Source: Nemertoderma westbladi (Eukaryota > Animalia > Xenacoelomorpha). Taken from it: 64,000 bases of DNA. Made by a program: the position numbers and the translations under genes. Of the stretch, positions 1-11,936 are shown piece by piece (within the stretch, counting starts at the first letter, position 1; every line of letters begins with the position of its first letter). Location of the stretch: contig JAUCBJ010008828.1 in the NCBI GenBank assembly GCA_032718475.1, positions 1 through 64,000 of the forward strand, read 5' to 3'. Under the pieces are notes generated by a model, which saw nothing but the letters and a program-made list of their open reading frames with translations, made no database searches and was not told the origin of the DNA.

Positions 1-1000
1 GAAGTCCATCAAAAATCTGAATGTAATTTATGGAGAGAAGTAGCTTTATAAATTGAAGGAGTAAACTTTTGAGTCCAAACTGACGAAGCTTATAGATGAG
101 TTTATATACTCCTCGGAACAGAATCAAATATGCCTTCTTAAAGTCTGCAAAGCATGCGAAAAAGTTTAAAAATTAAAATTAGAAAAAAATTAAAAAGTTT
201 CTAAGACATTTCGAGAGAATGCTTGTGAGTATTTTGTAGACATTACAGAGTAGAGCTAATCCCCTTAGTTATCGGGATCATCACGTGGACCTTTTCCATT
301 AAAAGGACTTTGCAGATACTTGATTTCCGGCAGTACACTACCCGAGTGTTGAGGAGAAGCAAATGTTTAGGAGCATAACCGAGAAAGACAGAGTATATGG
401 CAACGCCGCTTCCAGTAGCTCATTGGGAAGGGAAGACTCATTTCCTTACTTCAGTTTCAGTAAATGCCTTACGATTAGGTCACATATTCCTCCTCGCCTA
501 CATCGCTGCTTTCCGAGGTGTGTCCATCTCAAGAGCGTTTGTTTCGAGAAGCAGGTTGCTAAAATTAGTTCCTCAAGTAGACAGAGGGATTAGACACGGA
601 CGTTGCATTGAATATTTGTGCCACCATAGATAAGGTTCTAATTCGGCATCGTTCTCCAATTTTTCCTCTCTGTGGCTGTTGGAAATGTCAATCTTTTCTT
701 GAAGGTGGTCTTTGTATTCCCGTTTCAGTTTACAAAGATTAAATCGTTGGGATGTATGCTTTTTGAAGTTTGGCTTCATGGTGTTTAGCGCGAAGTTCTT
801 TGCGCATAGGGATTGTTTCTCCTCGTGTTATCAAATGGCAAATCTAAGTCTTCTTGTTAAGTGTGAAATAAATCATAAAGTTTCCAAAAGCCGTATAATA
901 TTTAAACAGCCAGTACAGAACACTTTTAGAAAATATAATTAAAAATTCAATCCCGATCCCGAAAATCGGGATCCTGAGAGTGATAATCCCGAAAAGTGCA
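1..1000 (+). mobile_element. Degenerate hAT-like DNA transposon remnant (transposase C-terminal dimerisation region plus subterminal repeats)
   Basis: Broken frames at ~420-620 give HWEGKTHF...ALRL...SQERLFREAG...RLDTDVALN, resembling the hAT C-terminal 'SERxFSxAG...RL' motif. Clustered ATCCCG/CGGGAT motifs at 948-992. Many stops and frameshifts. Confidence 0.45.
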
Positions 1001-1184
1001 GTTTTTTTAACAAAGTATATTTTCCAAATCTAGTCGTATGTTGCGTCAAAATTTATTTAGTTTAAAATTATGTTTAAAAACCCAATTTACAAAAGGCTTA
1101 ATAATTAACCAATACAATAATTACAATTATTTGTTGTTGATGTGGGTAAATTAATTAACCCACATCCCTTGGTTTCAACCAACC

Positions 1185-4100
1185 ATCACTCACTCAACCA
1201 CATGGTAATTCCTCCCACTACCCACTCACTCACCCCTACGGTAAATCCATCCACTCACTCAACCCCACGGTAATTCCTCCCACTCACTCACCCCCACGGT
1301 AAATCCACCCAATCACTCACCCCCACGGTAAATCCACCCACTCACTCACCCCCACAATAAATCCTCCCACTACCCACTCACTCACCCCCACGGTATAAAT
1401 CCACCCAATCACTCACCCCCACGGTAAATCCACCCACTCACTCACCCCCACGGTAAATCCTCCCACTACCCACTCACTCACCCCCACGGTAAATCCACCC
1501 ACTCACTCACCCACACGGTAAATCCTCCCACTACCCACTCACTCACCCCCACGGTAAATCCACCCACTCACTCACCCCCACGGTAAATCCTCCCACTACC
1601 CACTCACTCACCCCCACGGTAAATCCACCCACTCACTCACCCACACGGTAAATCCTCCCACTACCCACTCACTCACCCCCACGGTAAATCCACCCACTCA
1701 CTCACCCACACGGTAAATCCTCCCACTACCCACTCACTCACCCCCACGGTAAATCCACCCACTCACTCACCCCCACGGTAAATCCAGCCACTCACTCACC
1801 CCCACGGTAAATCCTCCCACTACCCACTCACTCACCCCCACGGTAAATCCACCCACTCACTCACCCCCACGGTAAATCCAGCCACTCACTCACCCCCACG
1901 GTAAATCCCCCACCCACTCACTCACCCCCACGGTAAATCCACCCACTCACTCACCCACACGGTAAATCCAGCCACTCACTCACCCCCACGGTAAATCCAG
2001 CCACTCACTCACCCCCACGGTAAATCCAGCCACTCACTCACCTCCACGGTAAATCCAGCCACTCACTCACCCACACGGTAAATCCAGCCACTCACTCACC
2101 CCCACGGTAAATCCACCCACTCACTCACCCCCACGGTAAATCCACCCACTCACTCACCCCCACGGTAAATCCACCCACTCACTCACCCCCCACGGTAAAT
2201 CCAGCCACTCACTCACCCACACGGTAAATCCACCCACTCACTCACCCCCCACGGTAAATCCAGCCACTCACTCACCCACACGGTAAATCCAGCCACTCAC
2301 TCACCCCCACGGTAAATCCACCCACTCACTCACCCCCACGGTAAATCCACCCACTCACTCACCCCCACGGTAAATCCACCCACTCACTCACCCACACGGT
2401 AAATCCAGCCACTCACTCACCCCCACGGTGAATCCAGCCACTCACTCACCCCCACGGTAAATCCACCCACTCACTCACCCCCACGGTAAATCCACCCACT
2501 CACTCACCCCCCACGGTAAATCCAGCCACTCACTCACCCACACGGTAAATCCAGCCACTCACTCACCCCCATGGTAAATCCACCCACTCACTCACCCCAC
2601 GGTAAATCCACCCACTCACTCACCCCACGGTAAATCCACCCACTCACTCACCCCACGGTAAATCCAGCCACTCACTCACCCCCACGGTAAATCCAGCCAC
2701 TCACTCACCCCCACGGTGAATCCAGCCACTCACTCACGCCCACGGTAAATCCAGCCACTCACTCACCCCCACGGTAAATCCACCCACTCACTCACCCCCC
2801 ACGGTAAATCCAGCCACTCACTCACCCCCCACGGTAAATCCAGCCACTCACTCACCCCCACGGTAAATCCACCCACTCACTCACCCACACGGTAAATCCA
2901 GCCACTCACTCACCCCCACGGTAAATCCAGCCACTCACTCACCCCCACGGTAAATCCATCCACTCACTCACCCACACGGTAAATCCACCCACTCAATCAC
3001 CCCCACGGTAAATCCAGCCACTCACTCACCCCCACGGTAAATCCAGCCACTCACTCACCCCCATGGTAAATCCACCCACTCACTCACCCCCATGGTAAAT
3101 CCACCCACTCACTCACCCACACGGTAAATCCACCCACTCACTCACCCACACGGTAAATCCAGCCACTCACTCACCCACACGGTAAATCCACCCACTCACT
3201 CACCCCCACGTTAAATCCAGCCACTCACTCACCCCCACGGTAAATCCAGCCACTCACTCACCCCCACGGTAAATCCACCCACTCACTCACCCCCACGGTA
3301 AATCCAGCCACTCACTCACCCCCACGGTAAATCCAGCCACTCACTCACCCCCACGGTAAATCCAGCCACTCACTCACCCCCACGGTAAATCCAGCCACTC
3401 ACTCACCCCCACGGTAAATCCACCCACTCACTCACCCCCACGGTAAATCCAGCCACTCACTCACCCACACGGTAAATCCACCCACTCACTCACCCCACGG
3501 TAAATCCACCCACTCACTCACCCCCACGGTAAATCCACCCACTCACTCACCCCCACGGTAAATCCACCCACTCACTCACCCCCACGGTAAATCCAGCCAC
3601 TCACTCACCCCCACGGTAAATCCAGCCACTCACTCACCCCCACGGTAAATCCAGCCACTCACTCACCCCCACGGTAAATCCAGCCACTCACTCACCCCCA
3701 CGGTAAATCCACCCACTCACTCACCCCCACGGTAAATCCAGCCACTCACTCACCCACACGGTAAATCCACCCACTCACTCACCCCACGGTAAATCCACCC
3801 ACTCACTCACCCCCACGGTAAATCCAGCCACTCACTCACCCCCACGGTAAATCCAGCCACTCACTCACCCCCACGGTAAATCCACCCACTCACTCACCCC
3901 CACGGTAAATCCAGCCACTCACTCACCCACACGGTAAATCCACCCACTCACTCACCCCCACGGTAAATCCAGCCACTCACTCACCCCCACGGTAAATCCA
4001 CCCACTCACTCACCCCCACGGTAAATCCACCCACTCACTCACCCCCACGGTAAATCCAGCCACTCACTCACCCCCACGGTAAATCCAGCCACTCACTCAC

Positions 4101-4332
4101 CCACACGGTAAATCCAGCCACTCACTCACCCCCACGGTAAATCCAGCCACTCACTCACCCACACGGTAAATCCACCCACTCACTCACCCCCACGGTAAAT
4201 CCAGCCACTCACTCACCTCCACGGTAAATCCAGCCACTCACTCACCCACACGGTAAATCCAGCCACTCACTCACCCCCACGGTAAATCCACCCACTCACT
4301 CACCCCCACGGTAAATCCAGCCACTCACTCAC
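1185..4332 (-). repeat. Intronic minisatellite, 29-bp unit (minus strand CTGGATTTACCGTGGGG-GTGAGTGAGTGG), roughly 105 copies, each containing a 5' splice-site copy
   Basis: Period 29 is visible directly (ccactcactcacccccacggtaaatcca[g/c]). The array abuts the exon end at 4333 and decays toward 1185. Confidence 0.97.
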
Positions 4333-4507
4333 CCCCTGGTAACGTAGTTTTTCCTCCTGCGTTCGCTTGTCGTACTTCGCCTTGGTTACGGGATCCATCG
4401 CTCGCCACAGACCCCCCAACTCCACGCTGAGCTTAGCAACCGACCAATCAGGGTGCTCCTCTCTCAGTTTGGGTCTGTAATCCCCGGCGAATAGAAAGAA
4501 GCCGGAC
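4333..4507 (-). CDS. HMGB/Dsp1-like protein, coding exon 5 (HMG box B); terminal exon not found in window
   Basis: ttcAG|G TCC GGC TTC...TAC CAG GGG|GTGAGT. Encodes SGFFLFAGDYRPKLREEHPDWSVAKLSVELGGLWRAMDPVTKAKYDKRTQEEKLRYQG. Phase-2 join with the previous exon (AT|G = Met). Confidence 0.93.
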
Positions 4508-4844
4508 CTGAAATTATCGAATATATGTGAAATACACAAAACTTATTACAGAACTTTAATGGCTGTGCGTAATAACAGTGGGTGGAGAGTTAAAGTGATG
4601 TTTTAGAGTTGGCTGATATTGGAAATTAATAATCAACAACAACTAAGGGATATCGTCTCAATGTAAAATTATTAATTAAGGGAAAGGAGCAGGTTATAGT
4701 GAGACGTTATTCTAACCAAAACAATAAACGAATGTCAATAGAAAGGTTACACTTTGATTTTTAAAAGTAATCAGCTGTTATTTGAGTCGAATTTCCGCTG
4801 GGGAGAGGTGAATTTTTATTGTCACAGAAAGTCACCCTTATCTG

Positions 4845-5145
4845 CGCCAACGTGAAGAATACCAGGTTTTCACTTTTCGGTCGAAATTCTACTGGAATTT
4901 TATATATGAAGAATTTGTATTTTTCCAAATTTCACCTTATAAGTGTTTTATAGCGCTTATTTCTGTCTTATAACCTATAGATATATATTCGTTTATTGTT
5001 TTGGTTAGATTCAGCCCTTCTGAAATCTGTGGTATTAGTGGAAACATGGTATTCTGCACATGGGGGTAAACTGCAAAGTGAAATATAACGGCAGAAAGTC
5101 TGGTATACCTCTGCACTCGGTACATAAATACATTGGCCCATGTAC
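4845..5145. mobile_element. Small non-autonomous DNA element (MITE-like), inverted relative of the copy at 10165-10447
   Basis: Shares GTGAAGAATACCAG ends and the internal AATCTAACCAAAACAATAAACGAAT block (reverse orientation) with 10165-10447 and 10600-10775. Related pieces at ~4655-4835 and ~7775-7945. Confidence 0.6.
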
Positions 5146-5182
5146 GATTCCCATTCCCGCTATAAATAACTCGATTACTCAC

Positions 5183-5319
5183 ATCGCTCGTTTTGGTGCA
5201 TCGGGATCCTTCTTCCGCCCACGCACTTTGCCCCCCATCATCTCGACATCGTGCTTGTATCGGGCTTTATCATTATCCGCCATATCCTTATAAGGAGTTT
5301 TATCCTCCGTGGACATTCC
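5183..5319 (-). CDS. HMGB/Dsp1-like protein, coding exon 4 (end of box A, linker)
   Basis: ccccAG|GGA ATG...CGA GCG AT|GTGAGT. Encodes GMSTEDKTPYKDMADNDKARYKHDVEMMGGKVRGRKKDPDAPKRA(M), with the HMGB linker KKDPxAPKR. Confidence 0.93.
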
Positions 5320-5371
5320 CTGGGGAATAAAGAGGAAAACTCACCTTCCCATGTCAATGAGGTAATAATAT

Positions 5372-7501
5372 AAACTTACGTTCCAAATTGGGTAACATAC
5401 AAACTTACGTTCCAAATTGGGTAACATATAAACTACGTTCCAAATTGAGTAAAATATAAACTTACGTTCCAAATTGAGGAACATATAAACTTACGTTCCA
5501 AATTAAGGAAAATATAAACTTACGTTCCACTTTGAGAAACATATAAACTTACGTTCCACTTTGAGGAACATATAAACTTAAGTTCCACTTTGAGGAACAT
5601 GTAAACTTACGTTCCACTTTGAGGAACATATAAACTTACGTTCCACTTTGGGTAACATATAAACTTACGTTCCACGTTGATGAACATATAAACTTACGTT
5701 CCACTTTGAGGAACATATAAACTTACTTTCCACTTTGGGTTAAATATAAACTTACGTTCCACTTTGAGGAACATATAAACTTACGTTCCACTTTGGGTTA
5801 AATATAAACTTACGTTCCACTTTGAGGAACATATAAAACTTACGTTCCACTTTGGGTAACATATAAACTTACGTTCCACTTTGGGTAACATATAAACTTA
5901 CGTTCCACTTTGGGTAACATATAAACTTACGTTCCACTTTGGGTTAAATATAAACTTACGTTCCACTTTGATGAACATATAAACTTAAGTTCCACTTTGG
6001 GTAACATATAACTTACGTTCCACTTTGAGGAACATAAACTTACGTTCCACTTTGGGTAACATATAAACTTACGTTCCACTTTGGGTAACATATAAACTTA
6101 CGTTCCACTTTGGGTAACATATAAACTTACGTTCCACTTTGGGAAACATATAAACTTACGTTCCACTTTGGGTAACATATAAACTTACGTTCCACTTTGA
6201 GGAACATAAACTTACGTTCCACTTTGGATAACATATAAACTTACGTTCCACTTTGGGTAACATATAAACTTACGTTCCACTTTGGGTAACATATAAACTT
6301 ACGTTCCACTTTCGGTAACATATAAACTTACGTTCCACTATGAGGAACATAAACTTACGTTCCACTTTGGGTAACATATAAACTTACGTTCCACTTTGGG
6401 TAACATATAAACTTACGTTCCACTTTGGGTAACATATAAACTTACGTTCCACTTTGGGTAACATATAAACTTACGTTCCACTTTCGGTAACATATAAACT
6501 TACGTTCCACTATGAGGAACATAAACTTACGTTCCACTTTGGGTAACATATAAACTTACGTTCCAAATTGAGGAAAATAAAAACTTACGTTCCACTTTGG
6601 GTAACATATAAACTTACGTTCCACGTTGGGTAACATATAAACTTCGTTCCACTTTTATAGGAACATATAAACTTACGTTCCACTATGAGGAACATAAACT
6701 TACGTTCCACTTTGGGTAACATATAAACTTACGTTCCAAATTGAGGAAAATAAAAACTTACGTTCCACTTTGGGTAACATATAAACTTACGCTCCACTTT
6801 GGGTAACATATAAACTTACGTTCCGATTTGGGTAACATATAAACTTACGTTCCACTTTGGGTAACATATAAACTTACGTTCCGATTTGGGTAACATATAA
6901 ACTTACGTTCCACTTTGGGTAACATATAAACTTACGTTCCACTTTGAGGAACATACATATAAACTTATGTTCCACTTTGAGGAACATATATATAAACTTA
7001 CGTTCCACTTTGAGGAACATGTAAACTTACGTTCCACTTTGGGTAACATATAAACTTACGTTCCAAATTGAGGAAAATAAAAACTTACGTTCCACTTTGG
7101 GTAACATATAAACTTACGTTCCACGTTGGGTAACATATAAACTTCGTTCCACTTTTATAGGAACATATAAACTTACGTTCCACTATGAGGAACATAAACT
7201 TACGTTCCACTTTGGGTAACATATAAACTTACGTTCCAAATTGAGGAAAATAAAAACTTACGTTCCACTTTGGGTAACATATAAACTTACGCTCCACTTT
7301 GGGTAACATATAAACTTACGTTCCGATTTGGGTAACATATAAACTTACGTTCCACTTTGGGTAACATATAAACTTACGTTCCGATTTGGGTAACATATAA
7401 ACTTACGTTCCACTTTGGGTAACATATAAACTTACGTTCCACTTTGAGGAACATACATATAAACTTACGTTCCACTTTGAGGAACATATATATAAACTTA
7501 C
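5372..7501 (-). repeat. Intronic minisatellite, mostly 29-bp unit (minus strand TATGTTACCCAAAGTGGAAC-GTAAGTTTA), roughly 70 copies of the exon 3 donor junction
   Basis: Period 29 (tccactttgggtaacatataaacttacgt). The unit equals the exon end TGTTCCTCAAAGTGGAAC plus GTAAGTTTATA. A ~500-bp higher-order duplication is present (6641 vs 7141). Confidence 0.97.
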
Positions 7502-7639
7502 GTTCCACTTTGAGGAACAGGCTCTGCTGAACTCCTTGAAGTCGACGCTGCCGCCGGGGTCCAACACTTTGATTCGATCTCGTTCGCTCTTTACAAAAAA
7601 TGCGTAGGCGGACATTCTACCTTTCGGTTTTGCCTCATC
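7502..7639 (-). CDS. HMGB/Dsp1-like protein, coding exon 3 (HMG box A)
   Basis: tttAG|GAT GAG GCA AAA CCG AAA GGT AGA ATG TCC GCC TAC...TGG AAC|GTAAGT. DEAKPKGRMSAYAFFV...VDFKEFSRACSSKWN matches HMGB box A (KPRGKMSAYAFFV...F.EFSK.CSE.W). Confidence 0.95.
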
Positions 7640-8104
7640 CTAAACACAAAAATAAACTGTTTCGTAACCGAAAGAAAACCTCAGCCACATGACGCAAACC
7701 AAATCTCGTCGAATTATAAATTATGCGAAAGGAGCAGATTACTCAAAACCCACCTTGGCGAATTAATATCCCGCCTCAATGTAAAATTCTCAATTTAGGG
7801 AAAGGAGCTGGTTACAGTGGCACGTTATTTTAACCTAAACAATAAACTAAACACAATAGAACAGGTTACAGTTTTATTTTTGAGAGTAATCAGCTGTTAT
7901 TTGCTTTGAATTTCCCCTGGAGAGGGATGAATTTTTATTGCGTCCAATTTTCCCCTCTATATCTGGCAAACCCTGTGAATTAAAATGCTTCGGAATATCA
8001 ATATCATTTATTTCCACACAAAAACTTCGGATTTTCTGTATACCGGTACCTTGTTTTTATAATTTTGCTGTATAAAAATGCTTCTTCTGTAACACCTCAC
8101 TAAC

Positions 8105-9542
8105 GGGTGTAAACGTTGTACCGACAGTGTGCCGACAGTATCGGCGTTACGTTGTGCCGACAGTATCGGCGTTACGTTGTGCCGACAGTGTCGGTGTTAC
8201 GTTGTGCCGACAGTATCGGCGTTACGTTGTGCCGACAGTATCGGCGTTACGTTGTGCCGACAGTGTCGGTGTTACGTTGTGCCGACAGTATCGGTGTTAC
8301 GTTGTGCCGACAGTGTCGGTGTTACGTTGTGCCGAAAGTGTGGGTGTTACGTTGTACCGACAGTGTGCCGACAGTATCGGCGTTACGTTGTGCCGTCAGT
8401 GTCGGTGTTACGTTGTGCCGACAGTATCGGCGTTACGTTGTGCCGACAGTGTCGGTGTTACGTTGTGCCGACAGTATCGCCGTTACGTTGTGCCGACAGT
8501 ATCGGCGTTACGTTGTGCCGACAGTATCGGTGTTACGTTGTGCCGACAGTGTCGGTGTTACGTTGTGCCGACAGTATCGGCGATACGTTGTGCCGACAGT
8601 ATCGGCGTCACGTTGTGCCGACAGTATCGGCGTTACGTTGTGCCGACAGTATCGGCGTTACGATGTTCCGACAGTGTCGGTGTTACGTTGTGCCGACAGT
8701 GTCGGTGTTACGTTGTGCCGACAGTATCGGCGTTACGTTGTACCGACAGTATCGGCGTTACATTGTGCCGACAGTGTCGGCGTTACGTTGTGCCGACAGT
8801 GTCGGTGTTACGTTGTGCCGACAGTATCGGCGTTACGTTGTGCCGACAGTGTCGGTATTATGTTGTGCCGACAGTGTCGGTATTATGTTGTGCCGACAGT
8901 ATCGGCGTTACGTTGTACCGACAGTATCGGCGTTACGTTGTGCCGACAGTATCGGCGTTACGATGTTCCGACAGTGTCGGTGTTACGTTGTGCCGACAGT
9001 GTCGGTGTTACGTTGTGCCGACAGTATCGGCGTTACGTTGTACCGACAGTGTCGGCGTTACGTTGTGCCGACAGTGTCGGCGTTACGTTGTACCGACAGT
9101 GTCGGCGTTACGTTGTGCCGACAGTGTGGCGGATTGAAACCTAAATACAAATAGGAGACTGAAGGATAAATCAGCTGGGTTTCTGGCAAAATACAGCAAT
9201 GCCATTCAGCCATTTTGACCTGTCTGCCTGTACACTTACAGTACTTACTGCCTTAACATCCTAAAAACATACATATCCTACAGTCTCCTATTCTGCTATT
9301 TGTATTTAGGTTACAGCCCGCCACACTGTCGGCACAACGTAACGCCTACCTACACTGTCAGCACAACGCAAGGCCGACATAGTCGGCACAACATAACGCC
9401 GACACTGTCAGCACATTATCTGCACTGTCGGCACAACGTAACGCCTACCTACACTGTCGGCACAACATAACGCCGACACTGTCAGCTCAGCACATTATCT
9501 ACACTGTCGGGTCGGCACAGTTTCGGTACAACATTGACACCC
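8105..9542. mobile_element. Foldback/Mutator-like non-autonomous element with modular TIRs and 9-bp TSD
   Basis: Ends GGGTGTAAACGTTGTACCGA...TCGGTACAACATTGACACCC are inverted. CTCACTAAC is duplicated at 8096-8104 and 9543-9551. Inner arms ~9128-9165 and ~9275-9322 are also inverted. Confidence 0.85.
8116..9127 (+). repeat. 25-bp tandem repeat (GTGCCGACAGT[A/G]TCGG[C/T]GTTACGTT, about 40 copies) forming the left arm of the foldback element
   Basis: Period 25 seen directly, with an internal palindrome CCGAC-AGT-GTCGG. Inverted degenerate units at 9320-9530. The three overlapping ORFs are repeat artefacts. Confidence 0.95.
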
Positions 9543-9555
9543 CTCACTAACTAAC

Positions 9556-9858
9556 CTTCCTCTGCGTCTGTTTCCCAGCTGCCCTTGATGGCGCCGCTTG
9601 AGCCGGTTGCTGCATCATATACTGCGGCGCCGCAGCCACCGCCATCGGCTGGGCCTGTACCGTCTGCACCTGTCCCGCCACCGACGGCTGCATTGCGCCG
9701 GCTGTCGTGGTGTAGAACTGCGGCTGTCCAGACGCGTACTGCGCCGCCGCAGCCTGCGCCGCAGCCGCTTGTGCTGCAGCAAATTGCTGCGGAGTGTATT
9801 GCGGGATACTTTGTGCTGCGGCGGCTCCGTATTGTGCCGCGGCTCCCTGGAACCAATC
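9556..9858 (-). CDS. HMGB/Dsp1-like protein, coding exon 2 (Ala/Gln-rich N-terminal region)
   Basis: aaacAG|GAT TGG TTC CAG...AGG AAG|GTTAGT. 303 nt, phase 0/0, stop-free: DWFQGAAAQYGAAAAQSIPQYTPQQFAAAQ...AAGKQTQRK. Not shown in this frame by the ORF track. Confidence 0.88.
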
Positions 9859-10164
9859 CTGTTTTAAATTAAAAACAACTAAATATTAAATAACGTCTTC
9901 GAACATAAACTTTACTGTACTTACTGTTATACCGGACCGGTAGGCCTAGTGCGAAAAAGAAAGAAAGGGTCGCAATGCTGTAAAGTAGAATCATTACCCC
10001 CTTCAATGAAAGTGAAACATAAAACAGCGGAGGCAACCCGTAGAATTCTCTTGTCTGTGATCTTGGATGTCTTGGCTCTTGTCCGGATCTTGGAAGGGGG
10101 GGGGGGGGGGGGGGGGGGGGGGGCTAGTTCCTTATACACTTATACAATAACCTTACACCGGCCC

Positions 10165-10447
10165 CGGCCCATGTGAAGAATACCAGACTTTCTGCCGTTA
10201 TATTTCACTTTGCAGTTACCCTCATGTGAAGAATACCAGGTTTTCACCAAAACCACAGGTAACAGAAGGGTTGAATCTAACCAAAACAATAAACGAATAC
10301 TTATAAGTACAGGTTATAAGACAGAAATAAGCGCCTAAAACACTTAATAAAGATAAATTAAAAAAAATAAAAAATCTTCATATATAAAATTCCAATAAAA
10401 AGTCGACCGAAAAGGAAAATCCTGATGGTATTCTTCACATGGGCGCT
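10165..10447. mobile_element. MITE with TIRs (CCCATGTGAAGAATACC...GGTATTCTTCACATGGG)
   Basis: About 17-bp terminal inverted repeats. Related copies lie in neighbouring introns. Confidence 0.7.
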
Positions 10448-11933
10448 TACACCGACTGGACTACTACATTCACAACTAGGTAAGGTGTGTGAAGGTGTAG
10501 TCGACGACCGCCTTATTGACTTAAGTTTATTGTTTTGGTTACAATAAAGTTAACCTGCTCCTTTCCCTTAAATAAAAAATTAACATTGTGACAAGATATT
10601 AATTTCACTAAAAACACAGGTTACAAAAGGGCTGAATCTAACCAAAACAATAAACGAATTAGTATCTGTACAGGTTCTTAGAAAGAAATTGAGGTACAAA
10701 TTCTACCTCATATAAAATTCCAATAAACTTTCGACCAAAAATGTAAAAACCTGGTATTATTCACAAAAGCGCACAGGGTGGGTAAAAATTATAAAAAAGT
10801 TAAACAAAAAATTTTAGAAAACCGTGGACTATGATCTAATCTGCCAAATTTTCTGAACAGTCAATTATATAATGGCCGCTCATTAATTCTGTTTCGTTAA
10901 TTTATTTCATTAATAATTTTTTGTCGACCGAAAAATAATTAATGTCGACCAACAAAAAAATTATTTGTCAACAATTAAGTCATATATAGCGTATGGGAAA
11001 GATGGGATGGTTTAATTAATTTAAATAATAATATCCGTTAAATAAAATCAACTACGTTAATAATTAACATATTCTAAAGAGTTACCAGCAGGAACAGCCA
11101 TTCACAAGCAATGCTATCCGATCTCATTAACATAATGAGTATGCGAACCAGGCCCAAATAATACTAAGGTGGTTAGCCTGGCAACCATTGACGTAATGGA
11201 AATGAACCCAGGCAGGCAGCTGAGCCAAAAACACGTAAAGCTTAGTCAACCTAGCTACTGGTCCCATAGAGACAATGTAAAGGCTTGGCAGGCCTCTTGG
11301 ATGGAGCCAGCAAGAACTAATATACTGCCCCAATGGCGTATATTGGATAATGGCGTAGGCGAGCTCAGCAATGTGGAAATATAACTGATTCACCTTAATT
11401 TGCACAAAAAAACCATATAAAAAAGAGGAAAAGAAAAAATAAAACATACGTATAATACGTAACGCAGTGCGGGGAATCTCGTGGTAACATTTGTTTCTGC
11501 AAAAAGTAAAGTATAAACGAATAAAACGGATAAACATGTCAATAAATGCCATGAAAAACGAGCTAAAATGGCGTCCATTAATCTCTATGGGAGAAAAGCC
11601 GGGTTTAATCAGTGAAACTGATAAATCAACGATTTACAATCTAAAATTTAACCACCTAAATTATTATAAATATGTCTATAAATCAATAGATGCAATGTCA
11701 ATCATTCCTAAAAGCTTTTAGTAGCAAAAAAATGTAAGAAAATTGGTTTAGAAACGGAAATAATCGACTGCAAACATCCCCATGTTGAGAATGCCTGCAA
11801 TGATAACCTATGGGCCCATAGAATAATATTACGCATAAACAAGTTTTAAAACTTAAATATATCAAACGATTTACAACAAAAACAAATTCTACATAGCACA
11901 AGTTGTTAAGATATGATATGGCAATGTACTCAC

Positions 11934-11936
11934 CAT
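11934..11936 (-). CDS. Putative start-codon-only first coding exon of the HMGB/Dsp1-like gene
   Basis: AAAAATG|GTGAGTAC gives a phase-0 join to exon 2 (M-DWFQ...). A CCAAT box lies upstream on the minus strand (~12093-12098). Inferred, no transcript evidence. Confidence 0.6.

Noticed and set aside
1-1185. Terminal (acidic-tail) exon of the HMG gene
   Set aside because: No convincing acceptor plus in-frame coding sequence on the minus strand; probably outside the window.
1185-7501. CRISPR-like arrays
   Set aside because: No unique spacers, no cas genes, eukaryotic intron context.
8116-9154. Three ~340-aa Cys/Arg-rich ORFs
   Set aside because: Stop-free 25-bp tandem repeat read in three frames, inside a TSD-flanked intronic element.
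9551-9872. ORF-track proteins over the GC-rich block
   Set aside because: Wrong frame or strand; the splice-consistent frame is minus-strand 9858-9556.
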